From IMG/VR virus record IMGVR_UViG_3300042542_006078: a stretch of DNA of 64,000 nucleotides; one strand, given 5' to 3'. The DNA comes from a virus. Lineage: Duplodnaviria; Caudoviricetes. Below the pieces are notes generated by a model. It was not told the DNA's origin. It saw only the letters and a program-made list of their open reading frames with translations, and searched no databases. A program made the position numbers and the translations under genes. Shown in pieces: positions 37,775-46,052 of the stretch (position 1 is the first letter of the stretch; each line of letters begins with the position of its first letter).

Positions 37775-38707
37775 ATGAAAAAGAAAATTTTAATCACAGG
37801 TGTCACAGGAACAGTAGCCAAGTCATTCATAAAAGAATTTTATGATCATTATGAGTTTCACGGCATTTCAAGAAATGATTCATCACAACAGATATTATCA
37901 TATGATTTTCCAAAAGTGACTTGTTACTTGGGTGGAATTGATGATCAAAAATTCCTTTACGGTGTCTTTGAAAAAGTAAGACCAGACATTGTTGTTCATG
38001 CTGCCGCAATAAAACATGTTGACTTGGCAGAAGAAAATCCGATTCAAACTTGTGTGGTTAATTTGGATGGAAGCATTAATGTAATTGCCTCATCAATAAA
38101 ATATAATGTTCCTATTACAGTAGGAATTAGTACAGATAAGGCTTGCTCTCCAACAAATGTCTATGGAATGTCAAAATATTTGATGGAGAAGTGCTTTTTG
38201 TCGTCAAATGGTTATGAATCCAAGTTTTGTTGTACTCGTTTTGCGAATGTGGCAGGAAGCACAGGATCAGTCATACCGAAATGGGATGATATGAGAAAGA
38301 AGGGAATCCCTCTTACAGTTACAGATATGGACATGAGTAGACTCATGTTTTCTCCAAAAGAAGCTGCCGAATTGATACAAAAATCAATTAATTTGATGGA
38401 AAATGGACAATCAGCATTTATCCTCACAAAGAAAATGAAAACCGTGAAAATCTATGATTTAGCAAAATTTTTGTCAGATCAAGTTGTCGTCACAGGGATT
38501 AGACAAGGCGAAAAATTATACGAAAATTTGATTTCTGAAAAAGAAGTTTCTTACACAGAATTGATTGACAATGATTATGTAATTATCAGAAAAAATCAAA
38601 CCCCTGAAGGTAAAAGGGTTGATGGAGTTCTTAATTCAATGACTGCGGAATTGATGAATGAAGAACAAATCAAGGAATTACTAAATAATTGTGGTGTCAT
38701 CTTATGA
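37775..38707 (+). CDS. UDP-GlcNAc 4,6-dehydratase (PseB/FnlA/CapD-like, polysaccharide biosynthesis protein)
   Basis: ILITGVTGTV, VVHAAAIKHV, GISTDKACSPTNVYGMSK (YxxxK), TRFANVAGSTGSVIP, GIRQGEKLYE. Confidence 0.92.
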   Translation: MKKKILITGVTGTVAKSFIKEFYDHYEFHGISRNDSSQQILSYDFPKVTCYLGGIDDQKFLYGVFEKVRPDIVVHAAAIKHVDLAEENPIQTCVVNLDGSINVIASSIKYNVPITVGISTDKACSPTNVYGMSKYLMEKCFLSSNGYESKFCCTRFANVAGSTGSVIPKWDDMRKKGIPLTVTDMDMSRLMFSPKEAAELIQKSINLMENGQSAFILTKKMKTVKIYDLAKFLSDQVVVTGIRQGEKLYENLISEKEVSYTELIDNDYVIIRKNQTPEGKRVDGVLNSMTAELMNEEQIKELLNNCGVIL

Positions 38708-38716
38708 GGCAAAAAA

Positions 38717-39529
38717 ATGCAATTAGATAAATCGAAATTCCCAGAAGAAACCCATCAATTAATTGATTTGCTGGAAAGCTCCGAATGGCCAGAAGCAGTC
38801 CCAGATTTCCTTATTTGCAGCGAAACCGAGGAAGACAAGATTGAGAGGGCGATGGGTGTTGTCGAGTATATGAAATTTGATTTTGCAGGTAAAAAAATTC
38901 TTGATTACGGTTGTGGCGAGGGTCACCTTGCTATGGAAGTTGCAAATACAGCATCCACTGCTTCATGTGAAAAAAGTGTCGGATTTGACATAGTTCAGTC
39001 TGGTATTCATCAATGGGAAAAAGAAGATAGGTTCTTGTTGACAACTAGCTTTGATAAAGTCAAAGAAAATGGTCCTTATGATTTTGTTGTTTTATATGAT
39101 GTTTTAGATCATTGTGTTCAGCCTGTTGATGTGATGAGTAATATTATAAAAGTTTGCCACAAAGACACAAAGATTTTTGTCCGTTGTCATTCTTGGATGA
39201 GTAGGCATGGAGGTCATATTTATCGGCAACTCAACAAAGCATGGGCTCACCTCGTTTTCACTAAAGACGAGCTTTCTCTTATGGGAATTGATTTGCCATT
39301 CGTTTATAAGGTTTACACTCCTGTTCGCACACAATCATTGTGGTTTCAAGTTTTCAATTTACATGTAGAAAAACAAGATATAGTTAAAACCATTGTTGAA
39401 GATTTTTTCAAAAAACCAGAGATATCTGCTAGATTACCTTTGGCGAGATTTAACAACAAATTCCCAGAACACCAAATGGCGCAATCATTCAACGATTACT
39501 TTTTGAACACTCAATTTGCTATCCAATAG
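38717..39529 (+). CDS. Class I SAM-dependent methyltransferase
   Basis: ILDYGCGEG motif I; YDFVVLYDVLDH. Confidence 0.88.
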   Translation: MQLDKSKFPEETHQLIDLLESSEWPEAVPDFLICSETEEDKIERAMGVVEYMKFDFAGKKILDYGCGEGHLAMEVANTASTASCEKSVGFDIVQSGIHQWEKEDRFLLTTSFDKVKENGPYDFVVLYDVLDHCVQPVDVMSNIIKVCHKDTKIFVRCHSWMSRHGGHIYRQLNKAWAHLVFTKDELSLMGIDLPFVYKVYTPVRTQSLWFQVFNLHVEKQDIVKTIVEDFFKKPEISARLPLARFNNKFPEHQMAQSFNDYFLNTQFAIQ

Positions 39530-39532
39530 TAC

Positions 39533-40306
39533 TTACATGGTGATCAGCTTTTTGTCAAAAAACTCTTCAATAATCCAATCGCAGTCCATAATGTGAAATT
39601 CATGGCTTCTTTCCTTTTTTGTTTTAATTATTTCATCTGACCAAGATTCTAAGTCCAGATGAGCAAATGTACGAATCACGCCGTGAGAAGATTCGAGGTA
39701 TTGAATCAGTTTACTTTTTTCCAAAGAAGAAATTAATTTCCAGTCTAGAATCGGTATGTGAAAATGTTTACAGATCATTATGAGCAATTCTTGATAAAGG
39801 CAAAAACAAAAGACAACCTTCTCATCCATTTTGGTTGGAAGCTTAGAAAATAGTTCTAACTTTTTAACAATCTTCTTGGGCAAAGAGTCTTTGTTCAAAA
39901 TAAGTGATTCGTATATTGAGAGATACCAAGATGTGACAGAAGTTCTTCTTTTAGCTGGCAGAGAATCACGAACATCTCTTGTTAAAGCAAAACAATTAAA
40001 TTCCTTCACAAAAAATGGTATCTTCATGCATGAATAGTTTTCTTTCGTAAAATTATATTCTTCTTTTTCCCATGTAAGCTTGAATATTTTTTCGCATATA
40101 TCTTGATTCATATCTGCTATTTTTTGATAACATGTAATATATTCGCATCCAAATCCTTTTGCTAATATTTCGCAGTATTTGTGGTTATTGGCTGGGTTGA
40201 AAAATTCTCGTGAATAGTTGATTCCTTTCTGCGAATCACATAAGGTAGTGGCGAGCCAATCTGATCCGCAGTTTGGGCTCGATATTAAAAGCATGGGTTT
40301 TTTCAT
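39533..40306 (-). CDS. Sulfotransferase-like (P-loop fold) protein
   Basis: LLISSPNCGSDWL resembles the 5'-PSB loop; REFFNP; ALTRD. Confidence 0.45.
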   Translation of the reverse strand: MKKPMLLISSPNCGSDWLATTLCDSQKGINYSREFFNPANNHKYCEILAKGFGCEYITCYQKIADMNQDICEKIFKLTWEKEEYNFTKENYSCMKIPFFVKEFNCFALTRDVRDSLPAKRRTSVTSWYLSIYESLILNKDSLPKKIVKKLELFSKLPTKMDEKVVFCFCLYQELLIMICKHFHIPILDWKLISSLEKSKLIQYLESSHGVIRTFAHLDLESWSDEIIKTKKERSHEFHIMDCDWIIEEFFDKKLITM

Positions 40307-40344
40307 GGTTTTTGTCCTTTCGTCATATGGAATCCCATCAAATT

Positions 40345-40417
40345 ATGGTGAAGGGAAACTGCTTCGGATTTCCGAGAAGCAAAGCCGATAATATGTTTGG
40401 TCGTCAGTCGCCGCCAT
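40345..40417 (+). promoter_or_regulatory. Riboswitch-like leader motif, copy 1
   Basis: aaactgcttcggatttccgagaagcaaagccgata, enclosed by AUGGUG/CGCCAU. Confidence 0.5.
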
Positions 40418-40458
40418 CAGAAGCGTTGACTGACTTTAAGCTTAATGGAGTAAGGCTC

Positions 40459-41454
40459 ATGAACTTCAAGTCTTATAAGTATCGCAAGCTTAATGGTTTT
40501 GAAGAGAAGTTTGTTTGCAGCGTATTAAGTGATATCAATTCAATCATCAAAAAGTGGCATGGCATTTTCCCTAACATCAAGTTCGTCAAGGTAAAACAGC
40601 ATCTTTTCGATTCTCCTTCTGAATTACCTGTTGCCAATGATGCACACAGGGCTGAATTGGCGGCTGATGTTGAAATAATTGCTAATCTCCGACAGCCTCA
40701 CCAGCAGTTGGGAAATAGGACTGTTGATAATGCTGTTCTTGAAGGATACTGTGGTATAGTATATCACTTTGCCAGTAGTTGGTTCAAATCTGATATCAAT
40801 GGTATCACCAAGAATGACATCATGCAAGAGCTATACCTGAAGATCTGGGAAATCATGTACAGGTGGAATTCTGATCGTGGATCTTTGTCAACATTTATTT
40901 GGAAGAGTGTGCAGAATCGAATCTATACGGTTCTCAACACTCAAGGTCGCCCATTGGGTCATCTTCGCACAACCGGATTGTTGTTAATGGCCAAGTTTGA
41001 CAAATTAAGGAAGGCAATGCCTAATTCTGACACATCTGAGATTATTGATTCTATGGACCTGACTGCCAAAAAGAAGCAGCATCTTTTGGACATTCTTGCA
41101 TCAGTTAAACTCAATTCGCAAATGCAGAATTCTGGTCAGAATTCTGATTCTTATGGCGATGACTATTCAGTTCTTGGCAATATTCCCAAGAAAACCGAGA
41201 ACGATGAATTGACACAAAAAATTTATGTCAAAGACATACTTGACAAAAGTAATTTGACACTCAATGAAAGGAAACTTATTGATGCTTCCATGGAACCTTA
41301 TCATGGTTGGCAAACTGATATGGCCAGTAAAATCGTTTCCGAAAAAACAGGCAAGAAATACACTAAAATGAGAATCACGCAAATTCTGCAAAAAGCCAGA
41401 GAGAAGGTTGCTAATACAATTGAGCAGCAAAGAGCAGTTGAGAATGGAGTTTGA
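40459..41454 (+). CDS. Divergent sigma-70-like protein (likely start 40459, not 40273)
   Basis: DIMQELYLKIW...RGSLSTFIWKSVQN (region 2); LTLNERKLI...KMRITQILQKAREK (region 4); GGAG RBS. Confidence 0.75.
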   Translation: MNFKSYKYRKLNGFEEKFVCSVLSDINSIIKKWHGIFPNIKFVKVKQHLFDSPSELPVANDAHRAELAADVEIIANLRQPHQQLGNRTVDNAVLEGYCGIVYHFASSWFKSDINGITKNDIMQELYLKIWEIMYRWNSDRGSLSTFIWKSVQNRIYTVLNTQGRPLGHLRTTGLLLMAKFDKLRKAMPNSDTSEIIDSMDLTAKKKQHLLDILASVKLNSQMQNSGQNSDSYGDDYSVLGNIPKKTENDELTQKIYVKDILDKSNLTLNERKLIDASMEPYHGWQTDMASKIVSEKTGKKYTKMRITQILQKAREKVANTIEQQRAVENGV

Positions 41455-41558
41455 CAAATAATCGTCTTATCTTGTTAGGGCAGAAGATTTTACGATGGTT
41501 AACCAAAGAAGTATTTTGGTAAAGTTGATTTTGGTCATTCACCGAAAACTGTTACAAG

Positions 41559-42518
41559 ATGACAAGAAAGGCTTTCATGTCTTATAGCATCAGTAGTGTA
41601 GCTTCTTTCATGAAGTCGCAAAAAGAGCGGGAATTAGCCAAGGACAGTGATGATGCAGACTTAGGCCCTCATATCATTGTGGAGAAGGATGGCAACCCTG
41701 CTGCAATCTTTATTGCTCCCAAAACAACAGACAAAATTCAGGCTTGCAAAGCAGCCATGATGTGCAAGATAGGTTTTGACCCCGACAGCATTACTCTTGG
41801 TTTCGATGCTATCATTAGTAGTTTTGGAGATCAAAAAGTTGAAAAAGAATGTATAGTTTTGCAAAAGATCGACAAGGAAAATAAGATTGAAATGGCAACA
41901 ATGCCTTATGAAGTATATGGAGATAAACTTGTTTGGGACGAAGATTTACAACAGGAGTTGGATAATCCAATTGGTATTTTTGGAGATATAGCTGATAAGC
42001 TCATGGCAATTATGAATATCTCGACTGATCATGTTTCTGTTGAAGAAGTTCTTAATGGAGTTTTGTCAAAAGAAGAAATCAGCGAATTTAGTCGTGATAA
42101 GTTCGTGTTTTATACGAGTCGTGCCGCCATGGGATATCTAATGGGAATGGGCTTCAAAATTATTGATCTCATTTCCTATAAGCATCCCGAATGGACTGAC
42201 GCAAAAGAAAATGGAGAGAAAATACTGGACAAAATGGTTGAAGCAGAAATCATTTCTGAAGAACAAAAGAAAAAGCTTTTTGATATTGTGAAGAATCATG
42301 TCGGCACTATTGTTTTCAAGGAAAGATTTGAACATGAGCTTACCGTGGCTAAGTGCAAGTTGCCAAAGAAGATGAAAATCTTTACTTTTGTAAGCATTTT
42401 TGAGCAGATGTGTATCCAGCCAAAGGCAAATGAGTCTTTTATTGATTCTTTGAAAGTTAAAAGCGACAGTGATGATGACTATGATGATGACTATGATGAT
42501 GACTATGATGATGAGTGA
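41559..42518 (+). CDS. Hypothetical protein with (DDDY)n acidic tail
   Basis: 319-aa ORF; 12-bp repeat gatgatgactat near the 3' end. Confidence 0.7.
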   Translation: MTRKAFMSYSISSVASFMKSQKERELAKDSDDADLGPHIIVEKDGNPAAIFIAPKTTDKIQACKAAMMCKIGFDPDSITLGFDAIISSFGDQKVEKECIVLQKIDKENKIEMATMPYEVYGDKLVWDEDLQQELDNPIGIFGDIADKLMAIMNISTDHVSVEEVLNGVLSKEEISEFSRDKFVFYTSRAAMGYLMGMGFKIIDLISYKHPEWTDAKENGEKILDKMVEAEIISEEQKKKLFDIVKNHVGTIVFKERFEHELTVAKCKLPKKMKIFTFVSIFEQMCIQPKANESFIDSLKVKSDSDDDYDDDYDDDYDDE

Positions 42519-42551
42519 CGAGTATTTGATTTCACTAAATGGAGACAAGAC

Positions 42552-42785
42552 ATGGACGAACTGAGCAAGGAAGTCTCAGATGTCATGTGCCGAAGACTTC
42601 AGATTGATAATATCGAGGATGAAAAGGATTGGGAACGAGAATTCCAATCCTTAGATAGTCTTGATTTGATTGATTTGATATTTGTCCTTGAGGATAATTT
42701 TCATGTAAAGTTTCCAGATAAAATTAAAAACGCATCTTTCAAAAATCTAGTTGAATTCATTGGCCTCAATCGTGTTGGTCGTTGA
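42552..42785 (+). CDS. Acyl carrier protein
   Basis: LDSLDLIDLIFVLEDNFHVKFPD with the phosphopantetheine Ser; GGAG RBS. Confidence 0.85.
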   Translation: MDELSKEVSDVMCRRLQIDNIEDEKDWEREFQSLDSLDLIDLIFVLEDNFHVKFPDKIKNASFKNLVEFIGLNRVGR

Positions 42786-42878
42786 TTTTTGACCTTTATT
42801 TTTTTGAGTAGTTGGTGTACTTTTTGTTTGTGCCATAAATGTCAAGGTTGACCTCTGGCACTTTTTTTGGAGTCTGAA

Positions 42879-43163
42879 ATGAAGAATTTTTTCGCATTAG
42901 CCTCTCTTGCTCTGGTTGGATCATCCTTGGCTTTTGCTGGTGATGAGAAGGCTCAGGCATCCAAGGATCAGACTGCTGTTGTAGTAGTCGCCAAGCCATC
43001 CCGTTTTCGTGTTGTGGCAACTCCCGTCCAAGTCGTGAAGACTGAGTTGGTTGCAAAGACAAGTACGATTCCAGCAACTATGGTTGTTGAAGAGAGGAAG
43101 GGTCTTTTCGGAAAATGGAAGACCGTGAATAGCGCCATCGTCATTAAGGAAGGCGCAAAGTAA
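42879..43163 (+). CDS. Small secreted protein
   Basis: Signal peptide MKNFFALASLALVGSSLAFA; GGAG RBS; followed by a terminator. Confidence 0.75.
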   Translation: MKNFFALASLALVGSSLAFAGDEKAQASKDQTAVVVVAKPSRFRVVATPVQVVKTELVAKTSTIPATMVVEERKGLFGKWKTVNSAIVIKEGAK

Positions 43164-43184
43164 AATTAATTTTTGTTCGACCTA

Positions 43185-43221
43185 AAAACGCAGACAGGAT
43201 AAAACCTGTCTGTGTTTTTTT
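43185..43221 (+). terminator. Intrinsic terminator (GCARACAGG family)
   Basis: aaaacgcagacagg-ataaaa-cctgtctgtgtttt followed by T's. Confidence 0.85.
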
Positions 43222-43300
43222 ATAAAATTATTTTTCATGTTAAAAACTGATATCATAAAAAATCATTTGTATCCAAATCAATACAAGGTATGCGTGGAAT

Positions 43301-43482
43301 TCAAGATGACGGTGTGGATCAAAACTGCTTCGGAATCCCGAGAAGCAAAGCCGAATAGTAGTCATGAAGGTTGTCATCTTGATCAATGACGGATAATGAT
43401 GACAATCAAAACTGCTTCGGAATCCGAAGAAGCAAAGCCGATAACTAGTTGTGAGTGAAACTATCCGTCACAAGATGACGGA
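43301..43482 (+). promoter_or_regulatory. Tandem riboswitch-like leader motif, copies 2 and 3, upstream of the SNF2 helicase
   Basis: 35-nt core at 43322 and 43409, each enclosed by a long-range stem (43301-12/43371-82; 43387-95/43462-70). Confidence 0.55.
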
Positions 43483-43502
43483 AATTCGTCCCAAGGAGAC
43501 AA

Positions 43503-45704
43503 GTGATGAGCAAGCTTTTCCCTAACCGTTTCAATGTTCGTTGCAACAAGTGCAAGACCTCTCTCGCTATTGGCGCTGGCCTGACTGAGAGGCAAGAGAA
43601 TTCTGTTTCCAATTTGCCGACCAAGTCCGTATTCATCAACTGGTGCAAAGAATGCTGTCCTCACCGCATTTCGGCACCTTTATCTCAACCACAGGTTCGA
43701 GTTCTAACAAGTGATCTTAAGATCATGATGCCTTACGAGAAGGAAAACCTTCCTCTTGTGAAGAGCCTTCCCGGCGCAAGATGGAATCCTGCTGATAAGA
43801 CTTGGTCTGTCAGCAATAAGCCTGAAGATCGTCGTCGTATTTTGGAAGTTGCAGATAAGATTGGATTGGAGGTTGCTCCTTCTCTCCGTCAAGTCGAATT
43901 GTCGCAGGAAGCTCAATTCGCCAAGTCCTGTGGCCTTTATGACTTTCAGGTAGAAGGAGTTGATTGGCTTGCCAAGAAAGATCGAGCCCTTCTTGGCGAC
44001 GAGATGGGACTTGGGAAGACCGCTCAAGCCCTTTTCAGCATTCCTCGCAATGGTTCTGGTCTTGTTATCTGCCGTGCTAGCTTGATCTATAACTGGAAAA
44101 ATGAGTGTGCCAGATGGCGCAAGGATTTGACCCCTGTTGTGATTCGGGGTCGTGGAAACTTCCGTTTCCCCAAGGCTGGTGAGCTTGTAATCATCAATCC
44201 AGAAATCCTTCCTAATGACTTTGCAACCCGTCCTAACAAGAACGGCAACGAACAATTGGAGCAATACTTTGCTCGCCTTAACGATTGGCGCAATGAAATA
44301 AGGTCCAAGTATCCTGATGCTTGCAACACTAATCTTGTGATTGATGAAGCTCACGACTTCAAAAATCGTAAGGCAGCGAGAACCCGCAAGGTTCGTGAAA
44401 TCGGTATGGTGGCCGAGAGGGTGACTGGCCTCACAGGAAGTCCTCTGACAAATCGACCAGATGATCTTTACGGTGTTCTGGACACACTTGGATTGTCCAA
44501 AGAGGTCTTTGGCAGTTTTGGAAGATTCCAAGAACTGTTCAATGCCTTCCACAATGGTTTTGGCTATCAGTATGGCAAGCCAAATGCCATTGTTCCAGAA
44601 CTTCTAAGAAGGTCGATGATTCGTCGTCTTCGCAAGGATGTTCTCCAACAACTTCCAAGCAAGTTCTACACGAACATGGTTGTTGGCAACGACAACACCA
44701 AGCTTAAGGCCCGTCTTGATGAGATGTGGTCTAAGTGGGAAGGTAGTCTTGTTGATGTTGGCGATCTTCCTCCTTTCGAGGAATTTGCAAGTATTCGTGC
44801 TGAACTTGCAGCTTCCCGAATAGATGCCATGGTTGAGTATGTAGAAAACTGTGAGGAGCAGGAATGCCCCTTGCTTGTTTTCTCCGCTCACCTTGCCCCT
44901 CTCGACGCTTTACTTTGCCGTGATGGTTGGGCAGTCATCTCTGGAGAAACCAAGCCTGAACGCCGTCAACAAATTGTTGACGATTTCCAAGCTGGTCGCC
45001 TCAAGGGTGTCGGCTTGACAATCCGTGCAGGTGGTGTTGGTCTTACTCTGACCCATGCCGCCAAAGCACTCTTTGTCGATTTGGATTGGACTCCCGCTGC
45101 AAACTGGCAGGCAGAGGACCGAATCTGCCGAATCGGCCAAACAAAGTCCAGCGTGGAAATCATTCGCATGGTTTCCGACCATGAGCTTGATCTGCATATC
45201 CAAAATATGCTGATCGACAAGATCGACACAATTGTCAAGGCAATTGACAATACGGTGTCTGGTCAGGTCAACCCCGGTCGCTCTATCCACGATGAGCCTA
45301 AAGGCGAAACCGAGGAAGAGTATCAGGCTCGCATGCAGCGTCTTGCCAACTTTGAGCAAGAGCAAGATGCCAAGCTCAAAGAAGAAGCAAAGCAAAGGGC
45401 TAAGTCAAAGGTTGATGGTATTCATCGTCGTGAATCAGCGAAGGTGAAGTCTCAGCCTCTGCCACTCACTCCAGAGCGTTCCGAACAGGTACGCCGAGCA
45501 TTCAAGTACATGCTCGGTGTATGTGATGGCGCTCAGGAAAGAGATGGTCAGGGATTCAATAAGCCCGATGCTTCAGTTGCTCATTGTCTTTTGACTGCTG
45601 GTCTAGAAAACCAGCAGGAACTTGAGGCGGCTCAAATGATGCTTTGCCGATACCATAGGCAGCTTTCGGCAAGTTATCCTTTGATTTTCCGAAACGCAGC
45701 CTGA
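43503..45704 (+). CDS. SNF2/SWI2-family (HARP/SMARCAL1-like) ATPase/helicase
   Basis: LYDFQVEGV, ALLGDEMGLGKT, VIDEAH, LTGSPLTN, GVGLTLTHA, DLDWTPAANWQAEDRICRIGQ; AAGGAG RBS. Confidence 0.95.
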   Translation: MMSKLFPNRFNVRCNKCKTSLAIGAGLTERQENSVSNLPTKSVFINWCKECCPHRISAPLSQPQVRVLTSDLKIMMPYEKENLPLVKSLPGARWNPADKTWSVSNKPEDRRRILEVADKIGLEVAPSLRQVELSQEAQFAKSCGLYDFQVEGVDWLAKKDRALLGDEMGLGKTAQALFSIPRNGSGLVICRASLIYNWKNECARWRKDLTPVVIRGRGNFRFPKAGELVIINPEILPNDFATRPNKNGNEQLEQYFARLNDWRNEIRSKYPDACNTNLVIDEAHDFKNRKAARTRKVREIGMVAERVTGLTGSPLTNRPDDLYGVLDTLGLSKEVFGSFGRFQELFNAFHNGFGYQYGKPNAIVPELLRRSMIRRLRKDVLQQLPSKFYTNMVVGNDNTKLKARLDEMWSKWEGSLVDVGDLPPFEEFASIRAELAASRIDAMVEYVENCEEQECPLLVFSAHLAPLDALLCRDGWAVISGETKPERRQQIVDDFQAGRLKGVGLTIRAGGVGLTLTHAAKALFVDLDWTPAANWQAEDRICRIGQTKSSVEIIRMVSDHELDLHIQNMLIDKIDTIVKAIDNTVSGQVNPGRSIHDEPKGETEEEYQARMQRLANFEQEQDAKLKEEAKQRAKSKVDGIHRRESAKVKSQPLPLTPERSEQVRRAFKYMLGVCDGAQERDGQGFNKPDASVAHCLLTAGLENQQELEAAQMMLCRYHRQLSASYPLIFRNAA

Positions 45705-45714
45705 TTTTCCAAAA

Positions 45715-45762
45715 AGATGGGGGTCGTCACTTAAATGTGACGGCCCCCATCTTTTTTTTTGG
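45715..45762 (+). terminator. Intrinsic terminator
   Basis: aagatgggggtcgtcac-ttaaat-gtgacggcccccatctt followed by a long T-tract. Confidence 0.85.
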
Positions 45763-45834
45763 TTTTTTTCCCCAATCTTGAGACAATGTTTACATTCATG
45801 CTTTTTCAAGATAATTTGAACTCACAAGGAGAAT

Positions 45835-46050
45835 TTGATTGTGATCAAGGCTAAGAATTTTGTATGCCCCCGTTGTGGAGGGTCTGTTCCAAATGACCAA
45901 AATAAGGGCGATTATCCCGGTGCTTTGTCAAGAGTCACAAACCATGAAATATGCTCCCAATGTGGAATGGAAGAGGCAATCAGAGATTTCAACAAACTCG
46001 CTCCAATCGGACTTGGAGACTGGTACATTAACAAAAACAGGAATAAATAA
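45835..46050 (+). CDS. Small Zn-finger-like phage protein
   Basis: CPRCG...YPGALSR...ICSQCGMEEA; AAGGAG RBS. Confidence 0.7.
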   Translation: MIVIKAKNFVCPRCGGSVPNDQNKGDYPGALSRVTNHEICSQCGMEEAIRDFNKLAPIGLGDWYINKNRNK

Positions 46051-46052
46051 TT

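Noticed and set aside
40273-40458. N-terminal extension of the sigma-like ORF
   Set aside because: TTG start overlaps the divergent gene and spans a structured repeat; a good RBS precedes ATG 40459
40356-43443. 35-nt palindromic repeat as a mini-CRISPR
   Set aside because: Only two copies are adjacent (about 52 nt apart), copies differ in the loop, the third is 3 kb away and no cas genes are present; kept as a leader motif
43704-45395. Long antisense ORFs within the SNF2 gene
   Set aside because: Expected shadows of a GC-richer coding strand; no motifs or RBS
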